Numbered from the stretch's first letter, positions 9,219 through 22,685 are shown. The stretch is DNA of 53,358 nt from Octopus bimaculoides (GCF_001194135.2 NC_068995.1:4137241-4190598); one strand, 5' to 3'. Made by a program: numbers and translations. The notes: generated from the letters alone by a model not told the origin.

Positions 9219-10569
9219 CTAGAAATACAAAGAAACACAACAAATCAACGCAAGACATTCACACTACACCATGAATACCAGAGAAAACAGCAGCACCCAC
9301 AGCATCAGTATCGGGGGCAACAGCAGCAGAAAGACCAAAAATAGTAACCAATCATACAAAACTTAGCAAAACCTTAAACATTCTCTCCTCCATTTTATCT
9401 TCCATTCTACATATCCTCTCTGTACGCGCACGCGCCCGTGTGTGTGTTTATGTTTGTAATGTAAGTTTGTGTCTAACAGATTCCTCGAAAACAATCTGAC
9501 TAAAATGTCCAGTTAAAACATGGCGATGTAAAAATCAATAACTTCCATAAATGTTTGTCTGAAGATACGGATGTTCATTAGATCTGCTTGAAGCTACAAG
9601 TTTGGTTTTCGGTTGAACGAATTAAATTACTTATATCTAGCCCATGCTACTCACTACCTTTCTACTTTTCTCCCGTTCGTTAGTATACTTATATACATGT
9701 GTNNNNNNNNNNNNNNNNNNNNNNNNNNNNNNNNNNNNNNNNNNNNNNNNNNNNNNNNNNNNNNNNNNNNNNNNNNNNNNNNNNNNNNNNNNNNNNNNNN
9801 NNNNNNNNNNNNNNNNNNNNNNNNNNNNNNNNNNNNNNNNNNNNNNNNNNNNNNNNNNNNNNNNNNNNNNNNNNNNNNNNNNNNNNNNNNNNNNNNNNNN
9901 NNNNNNNNNNNNNNNNNNNNNNNNNNNNNNNNNNNNNNNNNNNNNNNNNNNNNNNNNNNNNNNNNNNNNNNNNNNNNNNNNNNNNNNNNNNNNNNNNNNN
10001 NNNNNNNNNNNNNNNNNNNNNNNNNNNNNNNNNNNNNNNNNNNNNNNNNNNNNNNNNNNNNNNNNNNNNNNNNNNNNNNNNNNNNNNNNNNNNNNNNNNN
10101 NNNNNNNNNNNNNNNNNNNNNNNNNNNNNNNNNNNNNNNNNNNNNNNNNNNNNNNNNNNNNNNNNNNNNNNNNNNNNNNNNNNNNNNNNNNNNNNNNNNN
10201 NNNNNNNNNNNNNNNNNNNNNNNNNNNNNNNNNNNNNNNNNNNNNNNNNNNNNNNNNNNNNNNNNNNNNNNNNNNNNNNNNNNNNNNNNNNNNNNNNNNN
10301 NNNNNNNNNNNNNNNNNNNNNNNNNNNNNNNNNNNNNNNNNNNNNNNNNNNNNNNNNNNNNNNNNNNNNNNNNNNNNNNNNNNNNNNNNNNNNNNNNNNN
10401 NNNNNNNNNNNNNNNNNNNNNNNNNNNNNNNNNNNNNNNNNNNNNNNNNNNNNNNNNNNNNNNNNNNNNNNNNNNNNNNNNNNNNNNNNNNNNNNNNNNN
10501 NNNNNNNNNNNNNNNNNNNNNNNNNNNNNNNNNNNNNNNNNNNNNNNNNNNNNNNNNNNNNNNNNNNNN

Positions 10570-10610
<41 letters not shown>

Positions 10611-11087
10611 TTGTCTTTGTACGTGTCTTTGTGCATGTGCTTCTGTCTGACTATACATGATTTATTTGTAGGTTTGGAAGCCAATCAATTGTTTCGCGTG
10701 AAGGGAACTTCAAGGTTCATCAAGCGTATCACATGGAAGTTTCAATATTTTGTTTTGCTACGAGTAAGTGCAGAGGCTGTAGTGTTGTAATTTCGGTCGT
10801 ATCTCGAAATATCACATCTATCTCACACTCGTACACACACAAAACAGCTATCATATTCTCACATATGAGCAACGGTTCATATATATGTGTGTGAACACAC
10901 ACATACAAACACACTCACACACACACATTAATTGTGGGTGTAGAAAACAACCAATGGTTTCATGCGAAGAGATCATTGCACTTCTTCACGCGTGCCACAT
11001 AGAATGTAATGGTAGTCATCAGCAAATGTTGCTTGTTACGCCACAATGTAAGCTTACATAAATATATATATATATATNNNNNNNNNN

Positions 11088-11141
<54 letters not shown>

Positions 11142-11190
11142 ATTAAAGAACCAAATGAGAGCTGACAGAGAATTGCTTGAAATTACATAC
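9219..11190 (-). other. Intron between exon A and exon B (GT...AG, phase 1), containing an 867-N gap
   Basis: GTATGT at 11190 and tttctag at 9219; phase-compatible; contains microsatellites and the gap at 9703-10569. Confidence 0.7.
11088..11138. repeat. (GA)n microsatellite in the A-B intron
   Basis: Direct reading. Confidence 0.95.
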
Positions 11191-11272
11191 CGATGAGATG
11201 CCCATTCTTAACCTGTCCCCAAACTGAGGCAGATAGAATTACCACAATGTACACAGACAAGTAGATCCTCAT
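11191..11272 (-). CDS. Exon A (first coding exon): signal peptide of the neuropeptide precursor, MRIYLSVYIVVILSASVWG/QVKNGHLI + 1 nt
   Basis: ATG at 11272-11270. Basic n-region (MR), hydrophobic core (IYLSVYIVVILSA), small-residue end (SVWG). Strong donor ATC G|GTATGT (intron starts 11190), phase 1, matching the phase-1 acceptors of both downstream peptide exons. 82 coding nt = 27 codons + 1. Confidence 0.82.
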
Positions 11273-11300
11273 TTCTAATGTAATTTGCTGCTTGAAGCTT
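11273..11300 (-). other. 5'UTR part of exon A, preceded by a splice acceptor
   Basis: Minus strand reads ttgtctttgttttcttttattgcag|AAGCTTC (AG at 11302-11301): long polypyrimidine tract plus CAG, 28 nt before the ATG. This implies an upstream non-coding exon. Confidence 0.7.
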
Positions 11301-11587
11301 CTGCAATAAAAGAAAACAAAGACAAGGTAAGTAAATTTATCAATTTCTCTATAATGTATATATATACTAGAGTATACTACTCGTGACTCTTGGGTCACTG
11401 ACAGTTCAAGTTATAAAACATTGCAGCTGATTTCATGATTAAGGTTTTATCGATTGTTTATCTGGAATGTCTTTCTTGTTCCACCTGGAACGTAAATGAA
11501 AATCAAAGCAGATGTGTTCCTCTCTAATCTGTTACGAATGAAGTCGTACATATATTTTTGCTCACGATTCAATAGAGAGTCTCTCTT

Positions 11588-11796
11588 CTACAAATCGTCG
11601 CTGCTCATCTCTGCGGCAATATTATTTGGCGTTGGTAAGTTAAAGTGAGTAATTCTTTTGCCCAGGTCATTAAGTTCGTCTTCAAAATACGGAGGATATC
11701 GATAATAATTTCTTTCGCTAATCAAAAGACTAAAGTTTTTTTCCCTTTCAGGGTTATGTTTCTTTCGGAATATTTTCCCAATTCGCAACGGTTTGG
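11588..11796 (-). CDS. Possible terminal coding exon of an unidentified upstream gene (xKPLRIGKIFRKK...YFEDELNDLGKRITHF...SSDDL*)
   Basis: Acceptor ctgcttgtctgtaatttaatacag|CC (AG 11798-11797), phase 1; 69-codon open, non-repetitive frame with GK, RKK and LGKR motifs. No upstream partner exon was found. Confidence 0.3.
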
Positions 11797-13103
11797 CTGT
11801 ATTAAATTACAGACAAGCAGACACGCAAGCAAGCAATCACAAAATTTTAGTTGTATGTATGTATGTATGTATGTATGTATGTATNNNNNNNNNNNNNNNN
11901 NNNNNNNNNNNNNNNNNNNNNNNNNNNNNNNNNNNNNNNNNNNNNNNNNNNNNNNNNNNNNNNNNNNNNNNNNNNNNNNNNNNNNNNNNNNNNNNNNNNN
12001 NNNNNNNNNNNNNNNNNNNNNNNNNNNNNNNNNNNNNNNNNNNNNNNNNNNNNNNNNNNNNNNNNNNNNNNNNNNNNNNNNNNNNTTCGATTAAAACTCT
12101 TCAAGGTGGTACTCCAATATGGCTGCCATCTAATGTTTGAAACAAGTAAATGATACCCTGAAGGAAAATAACATCTTTGTTCAAGGTGAGAAGTGAACTT
12201 AGAACATAAAGGGTTATATTTAAAAACCACTTGATATTTTGTCCGCCGTTCAAAGCCATTTCCATTTCCCAACCGCATCTCCTGGTTTGGAAGACGGTTT
12301 TCTCGAAATTGTCCAATTATGGTTTATTTCATAATACAAGCTTAATTTGTATTTTATAAGTAGCCGGAAATTCCTTTTCAAAATCGACTAAAAAATAAAT
12401 AAAAATGAAACAAAAAAAAATTGAGAGAAATATCAAAAAGATTTTGATTTAAGAAAATATTTTTCTCTCAATGAAAAAACTTCAATTTTTTTTTTATTTC
12501 AAAAATAAAACAATTTAACAATAGAACGATTAACAGATAATATTCAGATTAAACATCGAACTAAAGAGATATTCCAGTAAATCTATAATGCCCCTTAATC
12601 ATTTTCAATTCAATGTAATAATTCTAAGTTAAGCGTCTATTTAAACTAAAACCCGTTAATCCTCTAATCTCATCTCAGGACTATAATCCTACATTATTGA
12701 AGAAATCTCTGTCTCACAGAAGTCTTAATTGAGCTCATGTTATTTTCATTCATTTATTCATTTAGTTTTTGGTTTATTTTTATTGTCCTTTTGTTAGTTT
12801 TCTTTAATAATCAGGTTCGATTCATTTATTTAGTTATACAATTCTACCAATTTTTTTTTATTAACTCATATATAGACCAGTGTATGTGCTTACGTGTGCG
12901 CAAGCGCACGCAAACTCAAGCACAACCACCGCCACTGCCACACATACAGTTGTTTGATTTATCTTCGTTCCGGCTCAACTTAGAGCTCGAATGATTTGCT
13001 TTTCAGAAAAGTACAGAAATCACTTGTTTACACAGAAACGTTCACATTTATACACACCTATATTATTAAGGATAAAGAGCCTTATTCGAGTTATATAGAC
13101 TTT

Positions 13104-13312
13104 AGGGGCCGTTTTCTCGGTTTCTGTTGCGTGTATATTCCCTAGTGGACAGGACGCCGGTTCGTGGCAGGATTACTCATTTTTTGCCGGCTGAGTTGAA
13201 TAGAGCAACGTGAAATGATGTGTTTTGCTCAATAACACAATCCGTCGCGAGGTACAGGAATTGAAACCACAATCTTACGATCATGAGTCCAACACCCTAA
13301 CAACTATGCTAC
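13104..13312 (-). mobile_element. tRNA-derived SINE, family B
   Basis: Minus head tagttgttagggtgttggactcatgatcgtaagattgtggtttcaattcc (A/B box), then ttgagcaaaacac. The same head occurs at 31328. Confidence 0.65.
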
Positions 13313-14510
13313 ATACCTCCGCTGATTCATATAGATAGAGCATTAGGTAGATAGATTGAAATACTCACTTATACATTATATATATAGATTCCCACTCACA
13401 CCCACACACACATACACACACACACACTCACTCACACACACACACACACATACACACACACACNNNNNNNNNNNNNNNNNNNNNNNNNNNNNNNNNNNNN
13501 NNNNNNNNNNNNNNNNNNNNNNNNNNNNNNNNNNNNNNNNNNNNNNNNNNNNNNNNNNNNNNNNNNNNNNNNNNNNNNNNNNNNNNNNNNNNNNNNNNNN
13601 NNNNNNNNNNNNNNNNNNNNNNNNNNNNNNNNNNNNNNNNNNNNNNNNNNNNNNNNNNNNNNNNNNNNNNNNNNNNNNNNNNNNNNNNNNNNNNNNNNNN
13701 NNNNNNNNNNNNNNNNNNNNNNNNNNTATATATATTTTTATATTTATATATATATATGTATATATATACATACACATATATACGTATATATATTTATGTA
13801 ATATATATGCATATATATACATATGTATACATCTATGTGTATACATATGTATGTGTGTGTGTGTTCAAAGAGTAAGACAGACAGACAGACAAAGATTGAG
13901 AGAATAATTAGGGACATAACTAGATTCTTTATCCCAGCTTGGGCAGATGTAGTTATTGGGGAAAATTAATTTTTCTTCACGATCCAAGCCAGAAATATAA
14001 GATCATTGCTTGTAGAGTAAAGTAATTAGGAGTCGTAGATAAATGTTTTGTGGAGAACTAATACGATATGCTATATATCTGAATGATCTGGTCTTTGTAT
14101 TGGTCGTCTGCCGATCAGTCAATCATATCTAATTCCACTAATAAAACCGAGGCGGCAGAGGGGCATTCTGAGTAATAGTGGATGTTCATTTAGATAGAAA
14201 TTATTCAGGCCTGAATAGAGTAACGAAAGTGTTATGGACGACGAGATCACGCAGATGGCTTTCACACCTTGGGAAAACAATAGAATATGTAGAATATGAG
14301 AAAATAGCGCAATTGCATTGGAGTAGAGGGAAGTCTCTTACGACGTTGCTTGAAAGAGTTTAGTGATCGATGACTATGTCAAGGTAGGGGAGAAAATCGA
14401 TGGTGTATGGATGGGATGAGGTACAAAAAAGTAGAAGCGATTATCTAGTCACCTTCTTCGTAAGAGTGCACTAAGTGGTGCTACTAAGCACATGTTTATA
14501 TATATATATA

Positions 14511-14548
<38 letters not shown>

Positions 14549-14608
14549 CATGTATATGCACATATATATATANNNNNNNNNNTATATATATACATATACA
14601 TGTATATG

Positions 14609-14639
<31 letters not shown>

Positions 14640-15384
14640 ACACATGCAATATACATATATATGAATATATATATACTAATATATATATATGTATACATAT
14701 ACGTTTATAATGTATAGATATGTGAGCGTGTATATATGTATATATATATATGCATGTATGTATATGTATGTATATGTACGTGTGAATTTATGTATAAGCA
14801 AATCAGAGATTTAACTAAATGTAAGCCTTTCAACAAACACCTCTCAAGATCCTGGAGCAACGTATCACGTCTAGATCGAACGACTCAATCGTTAGCTTCA
14901 CAGAAATAAACATTCAAGCAGAAACTAAAATTCCGACTTAACATTTAACCTAGTGACATACATACTTTGATCTCATTATACTTTATAACGATGAACACCT
15001 TGATAAATTCAAATTTTTTTTTTGTCTCATTTCGATCATGCCAAATGAATCATTATTTGAATATTCAAGTGAAATAATTGCACGTTCTGTTCTTCACTTT
15101 TAACGCACTTTTAACGCATAATCTTCATATCATTATAGTTTATTTTAATTCTCTATTTAATACCATGTATTTTCACCTATATAACCTGTGAAACATCGCA
15201 GTGTAACAGTTTCCGCTTGTTTCTTCCCATCCCACACTCCCTTAATCAGGTGTATATATGTGTGGAATTATGTATGTATGCATTTATGTATGCATGTATG
15301 TATGCATGCTTGTATGCATGTATGTATGCATGCTTGTATTATATAGGTATTATACATATATATGTATGTATAAATATGTATGCG

Positions 15385-15417
<33 letters not shown>

Positions 15418-15455
15418 TATGCTCAGAGATTATCTTTTAGACAGCTATTCCAACC

Positions 15456-15512
<57 letters not shown>

Positions 15513-15725
15513 NNNNNNNNNNNNNNNNNNNNNNNNNNNNNNNNNNNNNNNNNNNNNNNNNNNNNNNNNNNNNNNNNNNNNNNNNNNNNNNNNNNNNNNN
15601 NNNNNNNNNNNNNNNNNNNNNNNNNNNNNNNNNNNNNNNNNNNNNNNNNNNNNNNNNNNNNNNNNNNNNNNNNNNNNNNNNNNNNNNNNNNNNNNNNNNN
15701 NNNNNNNNNNNNNNNNNNNNNNNNN

Positions 15726-15756
<31 letters not shown>

Positions 15757-16292
15757 TAAAGCCTTTCTCCACAGCTACTTCTAACTATCGAAGAGAAATA
15801 TGTATATTAAAATACTATTCATGTTATGATTTTCCCCCAAGATGGCAAAAATCAGTATTGCATTTCGTATATAAAAGTATATGAAAACAATAATCTATAT
15901 TGTGGAAACTATTGGAGTTAGTCGTTCGATAAACGCTTTGCATCAGATGATCTTAAAACTTGAAGTTGCAATATACTTAGGTTTACTCCTGATCATTAGG
16001 TAAAGACATCTAAATTGTAGCACTTCGTCCTATCATTACCCACTATATGCTCAAACACACACACACACACATATATATATATAATCGGAAATCTTCAACG
16101 GTTCCATAACTTCCGTCTTGGCTATGACTTTGGAGTCCTGGTAATACGTTACAGCACTTATCCAGCGTACACTAGTCGTTTAGGTCACCTGTGAACTAAA
16201 CCCCCATATATATATGTGTGTCTGTGTGTGCGCGCCTGTGTACGTATATATGTATATATGTATATATGTGTATATAATATATATGTATGTAT

Positions 16293-16327
<35 letters not shown>

Positions 16328-16353
16328 TTAGGGAAAAGAACCAAGGTTCATGA

Positions 16354-16399
<46 letters not shown>

Positions 16400-17465
16400 G
16401 GGAGAGCGAGAGAGACACAGAGAGAGTGCAATAAAAAAATACCTCACAGATGTGAGTGTACAAAACCTTTTAAAAGAAGATAATTCTCTGCAGCAGATTT
16501 GTAAGAAGATTTCTGCTGTAATCAATTCTCACTTTAATTTAATTTAATTCAAATTAATTTGTGTTTTATGACGTGAACTATAGAATATCGGCTGCCATGT
16601 TCAAAGTGAAGCAGCCTTTCATACAAATAACTGTAAAATTCATCCACGTTACACAAGTTTCAAACAATCTGTTCCAATGTATATTTTATATAAATATAAC
16701 AAAGATATTTCTTGTGTGTGGACAAATCATGCGTTTTATCGTTATTAAGTTTTCGATAAACATAAATTGAACTCACGTTTATAGATTTCCCTTCCTATAT
16801 ATGACAATTTTATTTTCTTGTCTTTTCGTTTTAACCATAATTATTTCATTATATTTATGCTGTAAACATTTAATTAATCAATAGCTATTTATCCTTATTA
16901 TTCATATGCCATATAATAATTTACATGAACCACGATAACAACAAAAGCAGCCACATTTTCTACAACAAAAATGATAATATTAACAAGATTAAGAGAAGCA
17001 GTAACGACACATCTGAAGCCGTTTGAATCGTATTTGAGTTTATGTACGTTGTTTTTGCTTCTACAATTAATGTTCCAGGTGTTGTTCTTCAATGTTGTTG
17101 ATAATACTACTGTTGTTGTTCTTGTTCTTGTTGATTATGTCGTCATCGTTATCGTTGGTACAGTTGTTGAGTTCTAAACACACACACATACGCACATGCC
17201 GATATATGCACATTCCTAGACACATGCATGCATACACATACAGGGTGCAGTGGGAAGAGAGGTTGAATAGCAGAAGGTAAGAAAGCGAGAAGGAATGAAA
17301 GAATGAATGAATGAGTGAATGAATGAATTGAAAGAGTGCACCCCCTTTGCGATAAGCGTGACACCAGTTAAGCACTATTGCAAATGCAATCGAATTGGCC
17401 CACCCCTATCGAATTTGCTAACCTTGTGTCAGAATATGAAAGGGATTATTATTATGCTATTAATA

Positions 17466-17680
17466 GCAGCGAGTTGGCAGAATCGTTAGCATGACGGACA
17501 AAATGCTTAGCGATATTTTAACTGTCTTTACGTCCTGAGTTCGAGTTCCGCCTAGGTAGCTTTTACCTTTCATCATTTCGAAATCGATAAAATAAGGAGT
17601 TAAGAACTTGGGACGATGTAATCAACTTGCATCCCCGCCCAGCGCCCCCCCAAAATTTCAAGCCTTGTGCGCATAGTAGA
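17466..17680 (+). mobile_element. tRNA-derived SINE, family A
   Basis: gcagcgagttggcagaatcgttagc...ctgagttcgagttccgcc...gccttgtgc matches multiple copies in the window. Confidence 0.8.
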
Positions 17681-17734
17681 AAGAGATAGTATGTCATTAA
17701 TTAACTTCAATGAATGATATCTATATATATAGAG

Positions 17735-17771
<37 letters not shown>

Positions 17772-17988
17772 TATTGAGGCAATGCGATATATATTATATA
17801 TTTATGAACGCAATATAATACATATGATATAGGAAAATGAAAGGAATAATACTCCTCGCCTTTCATATTATTTCCGACATTTTTATGGGAATAAAGAAAC
17901 AAATGCATGTTTAATTAAAACTTCCACGTACAATTATCGCCCACATCCCCTCATCGATAAGAACATTATCAGCAGTGATATTAATAAC

Positions 17989-18020
17989 AATGATGATGAT
18001 GATGATGATGATGATGATGT

Positions 18021-18065
<45 letters not shown>

Positions 18066-18118
18066 GGTGGAGGAGGAGGAGGAGAATGAAGATGATGAGG
18101 GGGAGGGGGAGGAGGACA

Positions 18119-18161
<43 letters not shown>

Positions 18162-18165
18162 CGAT
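17989..18165. repeat. Compound (GAT)n/(GAG)n microsatellite
   Basis: Direct reading; source of the poly-M, poly-I and poly-S ORFs. Confidence 0.95.
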
Positions 18166-19246
18166 GTTGATCATGATCATTCGCTCTCCTGCATTGCTAT
18201 CGCTTAGTACACGCATCTCGGTGATAATTTTGTCATATGTCCATTGTTCTGTTTCAAACCGAAAAACACATGGACATCGAAAAAAAAAAAAAGAGACAAG
18301 GTGCAGCTTTATGTGTGTGTGTGTGTTTAAAATGAAAGAGGTGGGCGACTAAGAGCAACGTAATCAATAGTAATATAATCAATAATATTTAATTTTATCC
18401 TTCCTTTGTTTCAATATCTTTTGTTTCCTTTTTTATTATACATACATATTTGTTTATATTATCTTTCATCTTTATTTTAATTATCTGCCTTTCGTTCCCT
18501 TTGAGATATGATTTTATTGGATTTAAAAATACGAAACAGAATATAAGTGCGTGTACGTGCGCGTATCCGCAAGTATATNNNNNNNNNNNNNNNNNNNNNN
18601 NNNNNNNNNNNNNNNNNNNNNNNNNNNNNNNNNNNNNNNNNNNNNNNNNNNNNNNNNNNNNNNNNNNNNNNNNNNNNNNTATATATATATGTTTGTATGT
18701 GTGTGTCTGTCTGTCTGTGTGTGTGTGTGTGTGTGGTTGTGTATTATTTTCTATATGAAATTATATAGTGAGAAATGGTAAATATGGAAAGCTTTGATAA
18801 CTTGCAAAGTAAAATTTAATGATGCATTGTTAAAATAAATTTATGTACAAATGATGTGTATGTTAATTCTTTAGCCGAGTAAACGTAGTGCTTCGTATAG
18901 ATTAATGGATTAACGGGAGTGATGAGTGAGGTAGGAGGAAAAGCGAGAGACAGTCAGATTCATCCTCATACACACATTAATGTGTGAAAAATATTTACAC
19001 ATCTATCTATCTCTCTCTTTCCCTCTCTCTCACTCCCTGTGTACACACACATACATACACATGCATATATACATGCATATATATATTTTTTCCCTATTTT
19101 CTATTTCCTCTCTGTGTTTATTTCTATGTTCCTTTCTGTTGAAGAGCATAGGCTCGAAATGTAAAAGACTCACTTCCCGAGCGTAAAACTAACACATCTG
19201 CCTGTTGTTTACACACCCGTCTTCGCCTTTTGTTTTTTTAAAATTC

Positions 19247-19286
<40 letters not shown>

Positions 19287-20302
19287 CATACATACATACA
19301 TATGGAGCAATAAATAATTGTCATCTGTACGGCCATATGGAGCAATAAGAGAAATAAAATGTGCAAACTCAGATGTTTGGAAGATAATGGTGTTGTATAT
19401 GACAATGTATTTTGTCTTTAAGAGCAAGTGGTGAAATGATGTTCCGATCTTATTCAGAGAATCATGTTCTACTCAAGTGACACGGAATGCATGTGATCAG
19501 TGTATGCACAAACACAAAATACATCTCTCTCTCCTTACAGAAACTTGCTGTCTAAAAACGATTCTATTAAATTTTTGTTAATTAAATATTAATAGTAATT
19601 GTATAAAAAAAAACTTCTTAAAATACTTCGTGTAGTGCAGATTGTAACTAATTTTAACAGCAAAATCTTATATGGACCTCCAAGGGTAATATTTATCCCC
19701 AACGACCCTATGGAACCCGATTGAAAACCATTGATCTAAAGCGTCCACAAATTCGCCGTCATCAATATAGATCACGAGATGAGCAAAGGTCTCTTGTGGT
19801 CTTTCAGCTCACTCGTCCATTTTGAAACTTTCTTTGTAAGTCATGAATCGCTTTAGTAAAAACCTGTAAATTGCAGATTGCCCGTTCTTTCTTTTCTCAC
19901 TCACTCATCTCGGGATATCGCGAGTGTATATAACAAACAATATGTAACATTTCTTGTTGACAATCATGATTGGATTCTTTCCTATTCTTCAATTTATTTA
20001 GTCCAATCAAACATGTTAATTTGATTTGATTTTCAATTTGCTTCTTTCCGGTCGTCTTCTCTTCCAAAATAAAACAAAAGAAGAAGAAAATAAAAACGAA
20101 AGGAAAAATAGCAGAAGAATGGTTATTCCGTGTTGAGGTCACTTAGAATCGACTGATCATTCTCACCAACGCTTGATTAGTTCTTCATTACCCGAATGCC
20201 TGTTTTTGATTTCTGACATAAGAAGAATTGTTGAACAAAAGAAGAGGTTTGCGTGCATGTATCGCTGGGTGTGTGTATGTATGTGTGCGTATGTATGTGC
20301 GA

Positions 20303-20352
<50 letters not shown>

Positions 20353-20423
20353 CATTCTTGAAGTTGATTTATTTCCTTCATACAACTTCGGTGAGCGATG
20401 TAAATGCAATTTTCGAGGCGTCT

Positions 20424-20424
<1 letters not shown>

Positions 20425-20479
<55 letters not shown>

Positions 20480-20480
20480 T
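20425..20480. repeat. (TAT)n microsatellite
   Basis: Direct reading. Confidence 0.95.
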
Positions 20481-20640
20481 AGGTGGTGAGCTGGTAGAAT
20501 AGCTTGCACTACGGGCGAGATGCTTAGCAGTATTTCGCCCGTTACTACGTTCCGAGTTCAAATTCCGCGGAGGTCGATTTTGCCTTTCATACTTTCGGGG
20601 TCGATAAATTAAGCACCAGTGAAACACTGGCGTCACCTCC
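20481..20640 (+). mobile_element. tRNA-derived SINE, family A
   Basis: ggtggtgagctggtagaatagc...ccgagttcaaattccgcggaggtcgattttgcctttcat...ggggtcgataaattaagcaccag; sits next to a (TAT)n run. Confidence 0.8.
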
Positions 20641-20866
20641 CATCAAATATGAGAGGAACAAAACACCCATGTTTCCAAAGGTGAATTATCCAAACGTATG
20701 TATATATATATTGATAGATACATATCTATCGATAAACGTAATTGGAGTAGCTTCCAAGAATGCGCTGTATATGCAAATTAGGTAATCCAATTTATTTAAG
20801 CCTTGTGAAATATTTTGACAATGGGTTGCTAAGCGTAGAGTGTCAAATAAGTCTACTCACTCAATG

Positions 20867-20905
<39 letters not shown>

Positions 20906-20915
20906 NNNNNNNNNN

Positions 20916-20953
<38 letters not shown>

Positions 20954-20960
20954 ATAGACG

Positions 20961-20994
<34 letters not shown>

Positions 20995-21234
20995 GTTCAT
21001 ACGGACTTACGCATAAGAACATACACATTTATAGGCGTATGTGCGTGTTAGTCTATGCGTCTCTATATATTTGTGTATAAACAACTTTCATTTACTTTTA
21101 GCGTTAAACTAATACAGTATTTGTTCGAACGTTCCCTTCTGTATTTCATCTTTTTTGTTTTTGTTCATTGCCTGCACAATACATACATGCACATCACACA
21201 ATCTCTCTCTATCTCTCTCTCTCTCTCTCACTCT

Positions 21235-21310
<76 letters not shown>

Positions 21311-21619
21311 TGTATGTGTATGTGTATATATATAGATATATAAATACATATATATGTATGCATGTATGCATATATGTATATATATATGTATGTGTATCAT
21401 CTTACTTTATATTACCTGAAAAATCTATATTCAAATTACTACAATTTTATTCGAAATCACTGCCTGATAAGTGCCTTGGAAGAATGACAACACCATTCTG
21501 AAACTCATGCATTCTTAGCCAACAAATGAAATTATATATATTGAACTTCACGTGTTGAGTTCTATTTCTCAGAGCAATAAACAACACAACATTATATATA
21601 TACAGAAACATGTGTATGT

Positions 21620-21700
<81 letters not shown>

Positions 21701-22018
21701 NNNNNNNNNNNNNNNNNNNNNNNNNNNNNNNNNNNNNNNNNNNNNNNNNNNNNNNNNNNNNNNNNNNNNNNNNNNNNNNNNNNNNNNNNNNNNNNNNNNN
21801 NNNNNNNNNNNNNNNNNNNNNNNNNNNNNNNNNNNNNNNNNNNNNNNNNNNNNNNNNNNNNNNNNNNNNNNNNNNNNNNNNNNNNNNNNNNNNNNNNNNN
21901 NNNNNNNNNNNNNNNNNNNNNNNNNNNNNNNNNNNNNNNNNNNNNNNNNNNNNNNNNNNNNNNNNNNNNNNNNNNNNNNNNNNNNNNNNNNNNNNNNNNN
22001 NNNNNNNNNNNNNNNNNN

Positions 22019-22091
<73 letters not shown>

Positions 22092-22414
22092 CATATATAT
22101 ATACACACACACACATATATATACATACACATATGTGTGTGTGTGTGAACGTATATATACATACTGCCTAAAGAGAAGGATGTACGAGTCAGTGAATGAA
22201 TGGATGTGTGCCTATGTTAATAATTATGTTCATATTAAAATGTCGCCTGCTGCAAGATCAGCACCGTCTCCTACACTTCAGAATTCATTCACAGTCTCTC
22301 TTTCTCACACACATACATACATATACAGATATAGTGATATAGAGACGCTCATACGGATACATATATGTAGTCACAAATTCATCATATATATATTTACATA
22401 TAGTTGTATACTTA

Positions 22415-22450
<36 letters not shown>

Positions 22451-22587
22451 TTTATCTAATGTCTATCTACTGATCTTTGTATATGTATCTTTCTACCTAT
22501 CACTTTCTCTCTCTCCCACTCTCTCTCTCTCTCCCACTCTCTCTCTCTCTCCCACTCTCTTTCTCTCTCTCTCTCTCCGTGTGTTTG

Positions 22588-22685
<98 letters not shown>

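Noticed and set aside
9219-9258. ORF-finder start MSCVDLLCFFVFL as a signal peptide
   Set aside because: The hydrophobicity comes from the T-rich acceptor tract ending in ttctag, and exon A joins in phase here.
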